From Perkinsus olseni (Eukaryota): a stretch of DNA of 33,270 nucleotides. The notes under the pieces were generated by a model. That model was not told the DNA's origin. It was given only the letters and a program-made list of their open reading frames with translations, and made no database searches. Every line of letters starts with the position of its first letter. Position 1 is the stretch's first letter. The translations under genes and the position numbers were made by a program. Below, in pieces: positions 1 to 13,662 of this stretch. The stretch covers positions 62,001 through 95,270 of the forward strand of contig JABANN010000054.1 of the NCBI GenBank assembly GCA_013115125.1, given 5' to 3'.

Positions 1-848
1 CTAAAAGCAAGCAACTGCAGGGTAGCTCTCAACAGCCCATGCACTCGGGAAGTGCATCTCGATTCCCAGCACCGTTGTCTATGCCCGTGAACCCTCAGAC
101 CCCTATGTTCCGACAGTGAAAACGTTTGTACAGTAGCTTATCATCACGATACTAGGTACCATCGTCATCATCGAGGTCTGCATAGAGGGATGCCCGAAAG
201 TCCCCTCCAGAGGCTCTGATGTCCTGCAACTGCTCGCTAATCGATCCAGCGTCAAGGTCCTCATACCGCACTAATCGGGTCTTGTCCACCATAACCTGTG
301 AGCAGCCCTGATCGACGTCGTTAGGCCAGTTTCCTTCTCCCCACCTCCTTCTCTATGCCCTTCAGCTTCATTGCCTCCCATCGGGTAGCGTCCGACGTAT
401 CTCTCTTCTGTCGCTTCCTGGGCCTGATGATGGGAAGACGACACTCTACACTACGACAGGCTTCCTCAAACCCCACCCTTCTTGACCGCCATTGCCGTTC
501 TCTAACGACGATGTGCTTCTGATGCTGTCAAGACTACTACTCCGAGAGCTGTGACTACTGGCGACCGATCGAGGGCTCAGAAGAGCTGAACTAGAAGAGG
601 AGGAGGAAGAGACGCTCCTTTCGGACGCTGCAGAGGGGGACCTGATAGGTGTGCCGTTTCAAACGCTCGCGAGTTTCGAGCCATCCTCACCGAGATCTAG
701 CAGACGGTGGCCCATGATCTCTGCTTCTACTCCGCGATCGCTCTGGTGGCCGGGGACTCCCAGAGCGGCTCCGGCTGCTATTGCGACTGGAGCGTAGAGA
801 GGCCGGCTTAGAGGACTGACCGATAGCGATGCCCCTCCGTGGCGGCAT
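1..848 (-). CDS. Ser/Arg-rich low-complexity hypothetical protein, multi-exon, runs off the left window edge
   Basis: ATG at 848 follows a pyrimidine tract and AG. Manual GT-AG splicing gives MPPRRGIAIGQSSKPASLRSSRNSSRSRSGSPRPPERSRSRSRD...GPRKRQKRDTSDATRWEAMKLKGIEKE-VMVDKTRLVRYEDLDAG, which includes an NLS-like PRKRQKR. Confidence 0.6.
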
Positions 849-1068
849 CCTGGCGGGGAGCAGAGAAAAATATGGTACAACGACTGGGGTAGAACACTGC
901 GGGCACTTGAACGAAACATTGCAGGTGCTGCCGTTTATGAAGATAATGGCATTAAGAAAACTGATAAGTGTCCAGAATACTACTATGATAGTAACATGAT
1001 GATGGACTGCTGGCTAATATGAAGGACCCTTAGAAAGGAAGGTTTCCGTTGGTATACCCTTGCTGCGA

Positions 1069-3689
1069 TCAGTGGGTGTGGCTTCCGTAGATGGGCCTAC
1101 CGAAGGAGCGATGAGAACCGGAGAAGACTCCGCTGAGGTCCCTTACTGAGCGACAGGACCGATGCTGGTAGTCGTGGTGCTGTGCCGGTAGTCCGTTGCC
1201 ACTCTTCAACACTTGTCCGTGTAGCATTCTGGGTGACCTAATGCGACCGAGTAAGGCCATCTCTCCTCTCCCCATCCCCTACATGGTATCGCCCTTCGCA
1301 AGTCTTCAGCCTCTCAGCTCTGACCGCTACCTGAGTACAACTGCTGTGTGCAGGACCGTTACACAAGTGTTCTCACCAGTTTGGCCTTCTGCATCTCCAA
1401 GGCTGTGATAACGAGACCCCTATCCTGCTCGGCCTGCCGTTGCCTCTCCGCCCATATTTGATTCCTCTTCTCTAAGGTCCTCTGAGCACAACATCCCGTC
1501 GAGCAGGAAGTAGCGGTGGACCCCCTCCTACCCTAGTCCGGTATGTGTCTTGTATGCTCTTCTGGAGCTCCTTCACCTTAGCCTCAGCCTCATGCAATCT
1601 CCGCTTCTCGTCTTCAATCACCTTTCGTATATCCTCCTCCTCTTCCCCACCTAATACCACCTTGCTGACCCCTCCACATAGCCGACCGGGCTCACCCTGT
1701 ACTCCACCCTCGTCGGCAGCTCCCACGGCATGCTCACCAGCAAGCCTACGGGCCTCATCCACATCTTTGCGGGCCTCGTCTAACCATTGCTTGGTAAGAA
1801 GCATAGCCTTCTCTGATGACTCTATCGACTTCTCAAGCTTCGCTTTCTACATGAAGACGTCCTAGCTTTTTCGCTCCTGCCTACGTCCTACCTTATCCGC
1901 TATGTCCCTATTATCCTGCCGTAGAGCCTCAAGCCTGGCCCCAGCCTGCCGCAACTGCTGCCTTATCTGCTGCTGCTGACGGAGCTGCAGACGTACTCTG
2001 TCACGAAGTGTTGATGATACTGACGCCTGATAGAACACATCACCTAAACGCCAGGAATTATCAGTACTCTCTCACCTCCTTTTCCGCGGCCTTGGCTCGA
2101 GCCCTTTGGTCCGAGGCGTCTTCGTGCAGCTCAGGAGCCGTTCGAGGCACTTGTCCTGATGAGTACTTGTCCAATGTGCGCAGCTTAGCGTTGTGAGCAC
2201 TACCTTCCCCGTTACTTATGGGTACTGGTGACTGCAGATTAGGTAGACTAGCCGTGTGAGATACTGAATAGAAAGCAATGGTATCCCCAATAGTACTAGC
2301 CATCAGAGCGGATGATGAAGGCATGGCTGTGAGCACCCGTCACTACATTTGTTGGCCACATCCATATCAGTCAGAGTCTCTTCCGTAGAGGGAGCATTAC
2401 TACGGATAGAGGCCGACAGCTCCATTATACTGTTGGAGGCCCCTGTGCCTGCAGCGCCCTCCTCCTCCTCCTCTAGCACCTCTGGAGGCTTCCGGAGAAC
2501 TGCCGATAAAGCAGTCGGTAGGCCTATAAGGTACTCACTTCGAAAAGTACACAGACTGATCTGATAGCTTACGAGAGCGGGGTGTCGGGTAGCCAGCCCT
2601 AGCCATTGTAACCAAATGCATCGCTACCAAGAACTCTGGGTAGGACAGCTGTCCATCTCTGCTAACATCAGCGAGGTCCTGATAGCACCACAGACGTGAC
2701 CTCCACCATCTCCTTTACAATGTACTACCCATATCTGAGTGAGCTCCTCTGAACTCAGACCACTCCTTACAAGGAGGTCTCTGGCATCAGCCCCCGACAC
2801 GAAGCCCGAGGTAGACACGGCCTTAAAGACCTCTGTGTACTTCCCAAGATGCTTGCCTGCTCGATCGCGAGTACCACATCCGAACACGAACTAGACACGT
2901 ACGGGATATCCTCCATACAGGGCTCCTCAAGTCGATACCATTAGCGGACTCTTCTGCAATAACATCATCAACAACATCACCCTCAGGGGCGTTCGAGTAT
3001 CTTGCAGAGGCAGGCGGCGGCGTGTCGATCTGAACTCCTTCAAATACTGGTAGCTTGATGGGTGGAACCTATCGCAGGAAACCATGCCAAGGGAAGAGGC
3101 TTCCTCCCGATCCTGGTACTGTTAGAAGCTCCTCTGTAATCATATCACCAGCAGTAGCACCATCATTCTGGGCGTGCGCTACTAGCCGACACGCCCGATA
3201 AAACCTAGAAAAAAACTCCCAGTCGCCGGTAGCAGATCCTCAGTCTGTTAGTACTCATCAATAGTGAGACTTCCCTTGTTGTCACTATCAGCCAAACACC
3301 AGATGTCGTGCAGTGTCTTCCGTGGCAGCTTGGACAACGATAAAAACTGAGCCCCTTCCTGTGCACCGAGAATCCCCCGTCCCTTCGTGTCTGCTGCCCG
3401 AAACAGCTTCGGATACCTTCATGAGAACCTCTCAGCATCACAACATAGGGAGGGCAATCCTTCGACTCACGCTTCCCGCTCCTCCGGCGTCAACAGTCCC
3501 CGTATACTATCAGGTGCAGCTGGTACAGAGGAAAGGCTGGGACTATTCCAAGTATCCTGCCCCGGTGACGGCCGGTATCCTAAAGACCCACCATATGCCA
3601 CCACCGTCTCTAATCGGTTACCCCGTCCTACTACCCGTGGCAGCGCCCCCCGCAGCAGGTTGTGGAGGCCATATTGCTATTCGATTCAT
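1069..3689 (-). CDS. EH-domain (Eps15 homology) endocytic adaptor-like protein with two EH domains and a C-terminal coiled coil, multi-exon
   Basis: EH1 spliced: YPKLFRAADTKGRGILGAQEGAQFLSLSKLPRKTLHDIWCLADSDNKGSLTIDEFYRACRLVAHAQ (3150-3415). EH2: KYTEVFKAVSTSGFVSGADARDLLVRSGLSSEELTQIW-DLADVSRDGQLSYPEFLVAMHLV (2610-2850). E/K/Q/R-rich coiled-coil exons lie at 1300-2150. The 3' end is approximate. Confidence 0.85.
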
Positions 3690-3791
3690 CTGCTCGAAAA
3701 CTACACACGTAGGTCGCATAGATCAGACTAGCAAACACAAGCAGCGGGTAGATGAAACACTATCCATTGGTAATACGTCCAGCGTCTACTG

Positions 3792-4873
3792 CTAGAATCT
3801 CAGGGTCCTGTGCCAACTCACACAGCATGTCACTACACCGCTCGATAACCTAAACGATACCTTATGACGTGGTACGCCGCCCTTGCTACTACTACTACTC
3901 CGTTCACCGCGGCCTGATCACTCCCTGCCTTCTGCTGTTGCCCCTGCCAATACTGTAGATGCGGCAAAACTACCCTATCCCGTAGGGCCAGTCGCACCAT
4001 AGGCGAGGCATCCTGTACGAGGGGAGTCAGGCATCCACGATAGAAACTGAGACTGCATACTGCTAGAGAGCCCACACTAAGCCAAAGACGTACAAAAGCT
4101 CAGCAGGGACATTCCACGGATGCCGCATGGGTGGTTTGTAGTACTGTTGTCTCCGCATACCCAGCCAGGCTACCTGCTCACATAACAAAGCGATGCCAAT
4201 CCTGCTGTCCGGAACCCTTCAGTACCGATGGTTTAGAATTATCCAATACTCGAGCTATCGATATAACCGCCTCCCGTCTCACACGCTCATCCAGATGACA
4301 AAGACCATACCTATCATACAGTGTACCGAGACGGGTAGGCAGGAAAGCCTCCCACCGTGCTATCCTAGCCACAGCATCCTCAAAGGCATCTCGAGCTAGC
4401 ACTATACTCGGTTGTAGTCTAGCTTCACACTCTCCGCCCGCTAGATGCTTCCACCCCTCAGGCAGCTGACTTTCCGGCACCCCCGGCGCCTTGCCAATCC
4501 GCAAGGCTATGTCGCATAACGTTCTCAGCCGTTTACCGAATACCTATGGATGGTATTCAACCTTTACTGTGCAAGTATCACAACTACTTCCGGATCCTCG
4601 TGCACTCCTTTACACTTGGACAGGACTTCTGCATTAGAAATGTACGTGTCTATCAGTGCAGGATCCACAGTGGCGGCTGCTGCTGCGGCCATTGCCACAG
4701 CCCAAGTACTACTTCTATCAGATTACTGCTATCCGATAGCTGACATACCATTCAGCGATGTCGATAAGCTTGAGACTCCATGCTCTTGTAGACTACCCAA
4801 CCCAGTAGACATCATCGAACACAACAGCGTGGTGATGGCTCGATGAGTATAGTTGTTGTGGTTGTACTAGCAT
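3792..4873 (-). CDS. Hypothetical helical protein, possibly HEAT-repeat-like, multi-exon; boundaries uncertain
   Basis: Phase-consistent exons include AAATVDPALIDTYISNAEVLSKCKGVHEDPE-VFGKRLRTLCDIALRIG, YGLCHLDERVRREAVISIARVL and LVQDASPMVRLALRDRVV. The D-x-x-x-x-VR-type motifs are HEAT-like. Confidence 0.45.
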
Positions 4874-5088
4874 TAGTGGTGAAGGTAAATGAAACCGGTA
4901 AATCGATGGCAATGAAGTTTTCGGTTATAGCGATAGTTGGTACTTCGACGATATCTGCCGTGATGATGTGACGCAGCAGTACCAGCAGCAGCACCCTCGT
5001 GTTAAACAATAATACATAACAGCGATTTAGACAACGAGAGCGGTGTAGGGTGTCGTATGCTAACATCACCTCATGCGAACACCCAAGC

Positions 5089-6645
<1,557 letters not shown>

Positions 6646-7014
6646 TAACAACTTCTTTATGAAAATCTTATTTCAAAACTACACACACAACAATGCCGCC
6701 CGTCTCCTTCCATAACCCAGTGCTGGTAAAACTCCCTCGAAGCCCCTGATCAGGACGATGATCCTGGAACAGCGGCAAGATGGCCCCCCTCCGCGCCATC
6801 TATCTTGGATGATTACGCCAGACTTCGTAAGGAGGTTAGAGCAGTGTCGCTGTATAACGGTGTAAGCAGGACCGCCTCAATCATCAACCGCGTACTGAGT
6901 TATTGGTAACAACAGTAATGGTGACAAGTCAAAGAACTTCTTTGAAAGAAGTCTCGAGGAAGATTTTTATGGCTCGGCGGAGCGACGCATGAGCGAGCAT
7001 TTTACATCGCGCTC

Positions 7015-8052
7015 GCCCAGAATGGCCAATTCTGAAACTCAGAATACTCTCCCCCCTAGGTCTAGAGTCGAGTCGAGCGGCGTCGAATACTCTCCAGAAT
7101 GCAAAACACCAAAACCGGGTTCAGAGAACTGTCCCCGAAAATTTCGGAAATTTCAATTTCGGGCCGAAATACATTCTGGAGAGTGTTCCAGAATGGATTG
7201 TGAACGTGCTCAGTAGTATGTAGGGTATGTGTATTATTCGAAGACGCAAGACTCACGTCTTGCTGCCTTACGCCCCCTTATATTCTACTTATTTTATGAA
7301 CTATGGTCTATCCATCTGACTGCAGCTCGCCCGCCGACAGTTACACAATGCAGGCTCGTCCGCCGACGGTTACACAATGCAGGCTCGCTCGCCGATGGCT
7401 AGTGCTACAGCAATGTGCCCTAATTGAAGATAATGAGTATGAGTACTTAGTATATGATGATGAGTAATGCAGGATCATTATTGTCTCATTTCAGTGTGTA
7501 ATCTCGTACTCAATAGTCTCATCTTCCTATGGTATCTCCTACGGATTTGCGTCTATCGAGTGGTGAAGATCTTGAGCCTCAGCCCTTGGGTCACACGGCC
7601 CGCTACAGTAGTATTACGGAACGTATTCTAGAATGCGAAATTTCGGTATGAGAAAATCGTTTTCTGAGCGAATATTTCACGGCGTATAGCAAATCGTGAC
7701 GCGTCACGCGCTAAAGCTAGCATCGACATCCATGACCCACCGTGCCCAAGAACCCACCTCACGGTCTTGCGGATAACTAGAGGGCGCCCTACCCCTAGAC
7801 CAGCGACGCCTGTCGAAGGGCAGACGCTTGTGGGCTACCAGACGTTGGGCATGAAGCACTTATCCGGTATTCATTCTGAGAATGCGTTTCGAGAATGCGG
7901 TCCGTCGAACACGTTTCTAGAATCGATTCTGGAAAACATTCCGAAATATCTGAGAATGGAATCCCCTGAACACGACTCGGGAATCAATTCTGAGAATAGA
8001 TTCTAAGAATACCTCCAAGAGTTCATTCCGGCTGATCTTGGTGAACACCCTG
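7015..8052. repeat. Non-coding region with two clusters of palindromic TTC-N2/3-GAA motifs (possible non-autonomous DNA transposon or regulatory array)
   Basis: Repeated ATTCTAGAAT, ATTCTGAGAAT, TTTCGAGAAT, ATTCTAAGAAT, TTCCAGAAT and GAAATTTC at about 7015-7200 and 7620-8030. No convincing ORF. Confidence 0.5.
7321..7400 (+). repeat. Minisatellite, ~29-bp unit, about 2.7 copies
   Basis: Unit TGCAGGCTCGTCCGCCGACGGTTACACAA at 7321 (28 bp variant), 7349 and 7378 (partial). Confidence 0.9.
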
Positions 8053-8571
8053 TTAGAGTTGAGATTTCAACAAGTCAGGACACCACTCACGCTTCAAGCC
8101 TCTTATGACCACGCACTAACCAGCTGTTGTACATTCTTCACGTCATCGTCACGTAGTCTAGGGAGCTCCCTGTGAGATTCTCACAGTGACAATACAAACC
8201 CTCCGCAATTTTGCTGATGGTTACGCTACTAAGAACTTCGGACCTAATTCAACTCATTCGAGTCCAAGGACCATCTTATTCTTGCACTCATAGTCAACAC
8301 TCAAGTCCTAAGACCATCTTGTTGGACCTCAATCATGCGAGTCAGACGGAGTTCTCCCTCTAGAAGCCAGAGCAGCAGCCATGCCTCCTCACTCGCTTTC
8401 ACACGGCGTCTCGCATTCGCTGTTATAACAGCAACACGGCTCTGGTAACGCAGTTCACCCAAATTCCCATGGCGACAGGGCCTATGAGGCATCCAGTAAC
8501 ACTGAGATCCGGAGAAGACACGAATCGTAGCGGGTTGCTTGAACGGAAAGGTTGAGTATAACCGAGGAATG

Positions 8572-9724
8572 TCAGAAGCGGGCATCGAGGTATGAGTTGA
8601 TGATGACATCTTCAGTTAGGGAAATCTCATCCACATCTTTCTCGCTTACTCGACCTCTTCCAGTGCGCTCCAGTGCTGCACTGCTCAGCGGAGCCCTGCG
8701 AACATTTGCTCTGATCCACACGCTCGCGTTGTCCAACCGACCTTCTGAGAGTGTCACCCTTTCCGAACTGCTGCTGTGATACCTTCGTAGCGCCGGTAGC
8801 CTCTGCCCACAGTTTTGGCACCTTCAGTGGCCGATCTTGCACACGCTCCACTCGTCGTGAGCCACCACCTGGGACAATCCATCCGAGACGATGATAGATG
8901 ACCCGAAGCGTGGTGGGGAGAGGGCCCACCAAAGGTATAGAGCACCGGCTTGCTCTCAAACATGAGTTTCCATCTACGCTCGCCATCCTTGCCCGGGTAC
9001 CCTGGGAGAGCTTGCCGCTCAGTTGCCAGGAGAAGTTCTTGGATTGGCCTTAAGAAGAAACTCACAAGCCCACAGCCATACTCGATTCTATCACTCGCAA
9101 ATGATATATCTGGCATCGATAGGTGTTGCGTTCCTCCCGTGGCCCTCCACTGCACGCTGAGCAACAGCCTTGCACACATCACTTGGGAACTCCACTACGT
9201 ATCTGATAAACAGAGCGGTACTACGGCCGAAGGCATTGGTACTGTTACCATACCTCAGTAATGGAGAGCATACGTTCACGTCACGATCATCATCATCATT
9301 CTGATCAACTGATACAATGACCGACTTCACTCGGTTCAACAGCAGTGCCTCGTGAAGACCTCTACATGCAAGGCGTACCTAATCGATACTCCCTCTCCCG
9401 ACAAGATCCCCTCCCAGACGCCCCAGCCAGCGCGATTGCCTTGACTAGAGGCCCCGGGACCCATGGTACACTACATAGTTCTGCAGAGACGTGCACTTGC
9501 ACCCCCATGCATTGAATGCTCCAAGGCCGTCACCAATATCGAAGATAGGTAACCGCTCGAATATGATCCTGAGATAGATACAATCGCCGCTTTACATGAA
9601 AGGACCTCCGCCATTGGAACTACCTCGGATAACACTCGGATACCAACAGGACTGTGTAGACCCAGGCCTCTATCGCTGATACCATATCGTTCGCCACACT
9701 CTCTCGTAGCTTCTTATTGTCCAT
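8572..9724 (-). CDS. REV7: HORMA-domain protein, REV7/MAD2L2-like, multi-exon
   Basis: Spliced N-terminus SVANDMVSAIEAWVYTVLLVSECYPRIIFERLPIFDI follows the Rev7 pattern (..EFLEVAVHLILYVREVYPxxIF..). The middle GLHEALLLNRVKSVIVSV...LLRYVVEF and the C-terminus RRAPLSSA...VIINSYLD also fit. One internal donor site is ambiguous. Confidence 0.65.
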
Positions 9725-9750
9725 GCTCTTGTTGTGAAGCTTTGGCGCCT

Positions 9751-10401
9751 TCAAAAATTATTTAGAAACATTACTGCTGCAAAGAAAACCCTAATGGGAT
9801 TCATGGCTGCCCAATCGACAGGACATGAATACGTGAATCCCCAGGTGCCAGGTATCATCATCCACCATGGTGCCACCTTTCTCCGTCCCTCCGCATGATA
9901 GGCCGGATAACTCCGGCGGCGCAGCCCACGACACGCATGTACATAGCTGACGAAGGTGCGTAGTCGAGTTGTCCACGCGGGAGAAAAATAGTCTGCGAGA
10001 GCGTTCGTGATCAATGGTACATCAACACGCTGTCGAACTGTGTGCGTTTGGTGCCTACTGGAACGGTAATGGAACATAGCGTGGTGATCAGCGGATGCCA
10101 GTGGATAAGCGGGATACGGAAGGGTAGGAGGGATTCCCTCAGAGGGAATAGTACCATCGTTGACCCGCTGTGCCACTGCCTGCTTGGCGGATCGAACACG
10201 ATGTATAAGGAGAGCTTCTTGGCAGAAGGATCTTTGGCTATCCTCTGACGATGAATCATCACCGCGGATGAAAACTCCGAACTCGGCGGTTCTGTTCTTA
10301 AGATAGTAATCTGAGAATTCGTAAAGAATAGATTCCTCTGCTGAACCTCTTCGAATATCAGAGAGCGCTGAGGACGGTACCTGGTAATAAATGCCGGCCA
10401 T
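9751..10401 (-). pseudogene. Intronless ORF resembling a truncated retroelement integrase N-terminal Zn-binding region
   Basis: ATG at 10401 follows a T/C tract and CAG. It contains IPPTLPYPAYPLASADHHAMFHYRSSRHQTHTVRQRVDVPLITNALADYF, the H-x3-H half of the HHCC motif; the CxxC and DDE core are absent. Confidence 0.35.
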
Positions 10402-10582
10402 CGGTAGGACAGCTTTTACCGCGTCACGGTCCTGAAAAAAAGGAAAAACGCGATGGCGTCTCGTCGGCGTTGACCGGTCCGTCTCCTCCGACGATCCACC
10501 GCGCGCTATGTTGTTACTACCGCAGTGAATGCAATGGATTATCCTCACCCGCGTATGGCCGCCACAGTATTGTTGTTCAATC

Positions 10583-13178
10583 ATGTCATCTTGCCGTAAG
10601 CCTGCAGCGGACCCTCCGTTAGTATGGTCAAAGACAGAGATATCTGTCTACATTATATACCTTGCTGTGGCACTACTCTATGCTATGGATAGTGTTAGAA
10701 GGCTTGGTGATGAGCTATTGGATGAGGGACGACTTAAACCCCTCTACGCAGGTACTATGGAGGAACAGGAAAGGGCCTATCGTTCCATCTAGCAGCAGCG
10801 TTCTGTCAGGGTCACTGCCCTTCACCGATCGACGAGCTGATTGGTCCGATCCGCAGTGGAATTCATTCCGGTTGAATCTGCCAATACTCCTCGTATTTGC
10901 ATGCACCCACACTGTCTTATCGAGGTAGGTCATGATTACCCAGTTGGTGGGGTCTAGTTATGGACAGGTTCATACGGTATTATACGGGCCCCCGAGGGTA
11001 CTTGGCGTTCCAGTTGATTGTGGGCGTTGGCTACGTATTGTACCTCCATCGAGCTTATGCTGTTTTCCTACTGGGAGCGGTACTGGCCAATAAGATAACC
11101 GTTGAGAGCATGTTACGGCGAGGGAAGGATTCAGTGCAATTCAGATGGGTAGTATCAACGGGAGGAGGTTAGTAAAGGGAAGGTTTCTGGCAAGACTTCA
11201 GTAAACCTCTGCGCCCGTTTTACGCCAAAATCGGATAGGCCGTGAAGCACGCTGCTCGCGTTAACTATCATACGGTTTTCCCTTCATACTCGCACCACAA
11301 TCCACGATGTATCAAGTTAAGATATCTATCCCGTGTTCAAGAATGTTGGCCCTGAGGTACTGGGAAGATGATGTTATTTGATAATACTCAGGTCCCCGGC
11401 ACCATGTGGGCAATTAACATGGGATTCCTCGTGGCAGTGCGCTACTACGATGGGTTCCGCTTCGCAGCGATCGCTTCATGGCTCTCATTTTTTGACCAGT
11501 ACGTGTCGCCCTTACTTACATTCGTAAGGAGTTTATCGCTTTCAGTTGGGGTCAATCGCAGCGGTGGCAGATCGTTTACAACATGGTCATGTTGCGTATG
11601 ATATCATACGTTATGGACTACTACTGGGCAATACGAGATCGTCCGCCGAGCACCCCCAGGGGAACTTCAGAACTAAAGGATTTGGAATCTGACGAGGAGG
11701 ACACTGGGAAGGTAGTAGTACTATCGCTCCTGTTCTATGATGAGACCATGGTAGGGATACAAGCCCGTTTCGCCCCAAGGAGGGGATTATAAAATGAGGG
11801 TACGGACCAATCTCCCTATCCGATTCTACCACTCTACTGCGCTTTACATGGTAGTACAACGGATTGTATTGGCCTATGGGCGACCATTGTGGCTACTGAT
11901 GACTTCCCTCCTGCCAGGCGTATATTTTGTACGCACCACTCTACGTAGCTGGACCTATACTCACCTTTAACGCCTTCGTTACTTATGTCTACCAACCTCA
12001 GACGACTTTCTCTGTGAGAAAGGTAGTACTATCACTGCTGCCATAGACTTTGGGGGCACTGTATGATGATCAGATCACCATATACGCTATTCGATGGGTT
12101 CTATGTTTATTCTTGATGTCCCTATATCAGCACTATTGCTGGGCTAATATAATAGCCAAAGGCTCTGACAGTGCTCAGGTCAGTGAATGTCACTGCGCCA
12201 TCGGGCCGGTACCTCACAAAGTAATCTCCTGTTCTTTCAGAACCTCGCTGGTATGTCCGGTCCCAATCTAGTATTCGTATCACTTTTCGTGAGTCTTGCG
12301 ACCGCCACTGCAGTCCAGGACTTCTCTTCTTTCAGTCACTATTTTTCATATGGTTGAAGTTTGTCATAATCTGGCGATTCTTCCGCCTCTGGGCCCTCTG
12401 TGATGGAGTAGAAACCCCGGAGAACATGACTCGATGCGTCTTCAACAACTACAGTGAGCTCTTAGCGCACGCCACAACCAGTGAGTTTCGAGTTCTCAGG
12501 TTGTACACAGTTCTGGCGATCTTGGCATAGATCGTACAACCAATGGCTCATACGATACATCTACATACCCCTGGGAGGCACCAAGTATAAGTTCCTCAAT
12601 GTAAGCTATTCTACACCGCTCGACCGATCACGTGTTTGGCATCAGATCTGGGTTATCTTCACTTTCGTTGCCGTATGGCATGAACTACAACTACAGATGT
12701 TGCAGTGGGCATGGGCTGTGTGTGCGATGATGATACCAGAGATCATAGTAGCTCTAACTATACAGAAACAGGATTGGGCTTTACCCTTGAGACGCTCCCC
12801 ATGGTAATGACCATACCCCGATTCCCAATCATCTTGGGCTATCCTTTAATCCAGGTATAAGTATCTTTGTGCTCTTGGTGCAGCCATGAACATTCTATTG
12901 CTGATGTCTGCCAATCTGATCGGATTCTCATATGGACCCAACGGACTACATATCGTAACGAGTGAGTGATCATGTGTCGGGAGATACCGTCTTAGACTCC
13001 TACCACTGTAGATTCTATCAAGCGAGGGTTCAGCTGGGGACCAAGCATAGCCCTATTCTTAGCGTTCGTAGCGGCTGCGCATGTAATGTTGTATGTGCGT
13101 CAACAAGAAGCTCTTAGAAAAGAGTGGTCGGCGAAGTCACCCGTGGCGATGACTCCCAAAATGGCTGCAGCTGAGTGA
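10583..13178 (+). CDS. GUP1: MBOAT family acyltransferase, GUP1/HHAT-like, multi-exon
   Basis: Motifs [102 protein letters not shown] and FTFVAVWHE (catalytic His), with many TM segments. Confidence 0.92.
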
Positions 13179-13662
13179 GCGAAAGCATATAACATTGATG
13201 ACGAATTATTGCAAGTCGTAGGATTAACCGTCAATAAACTCTTGTCGAATTTCAACTGTAATGTTCCCTTATCGAATAACTGGAAGCACAACTCATTATG
13301 CCAGTGTGCTACTAATCTACACAACTTGAGTTCCTCCGTCGCCGAGTCTTGCGTTGTTGAGTGCAACCTCCTCTAGTCGGTCTCACTCTCCTGCCGGCTC
13401 GTGAATGATGATTATGACCAGAATCAACTTCACGCCATAAGAACAGCCCAACTGTCATCTCAAACGCAACAGTACACTGGTTTAAGTGGAGAACATTAGA
13501 GTAAGAGCGGAACCACTGAAGCAGAACCGCATCGTCATTGTTCCATAGATAGAGCACACGAATACGGAATCTGTCACTTAACGTGACCAATGATTCTGGC
13601 TACAGTCGGCCTACATGACTGAGTCAGTAGGCGAAGCTCGCCAGGCATTAAATCTGTAAGGC

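Noticed and set aside
7321..7400. 29-bp repeats considered as a CRISPR-like array
   Set aside because: Units are contiguous with no spacers, the context is eukaryotic and there are no cas genes; it is a minisatellite.
8238..8250. 13-bp match TCGGACCTAATTC to the reverse complement at 17839-17851
   Set aside because: Several 13-mers are expected by chance in 33 kb, and the match does not extend.
8301..8570. 102-aa minus-strand ORF downstream of the REV7-like gene
   Set aside because: No recognisable motifs, and I could not build a consistent spliced model.
9625..9627. In-frame TAG (…CYPR*F…) in the REV7-like gene suggesting stop readthrough or recoding
   Set aside because: It falls within a GT-AG intron (AG|GTAGTT…CTCAG); splicing restores YPRIIF.
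13405..13520. ATGATGA … CTGA resembling C/D-box snoRNA boxes
   Set aside because: No terminal stem or recognisable rRNA guide, and GAT repeats are very common in this window.
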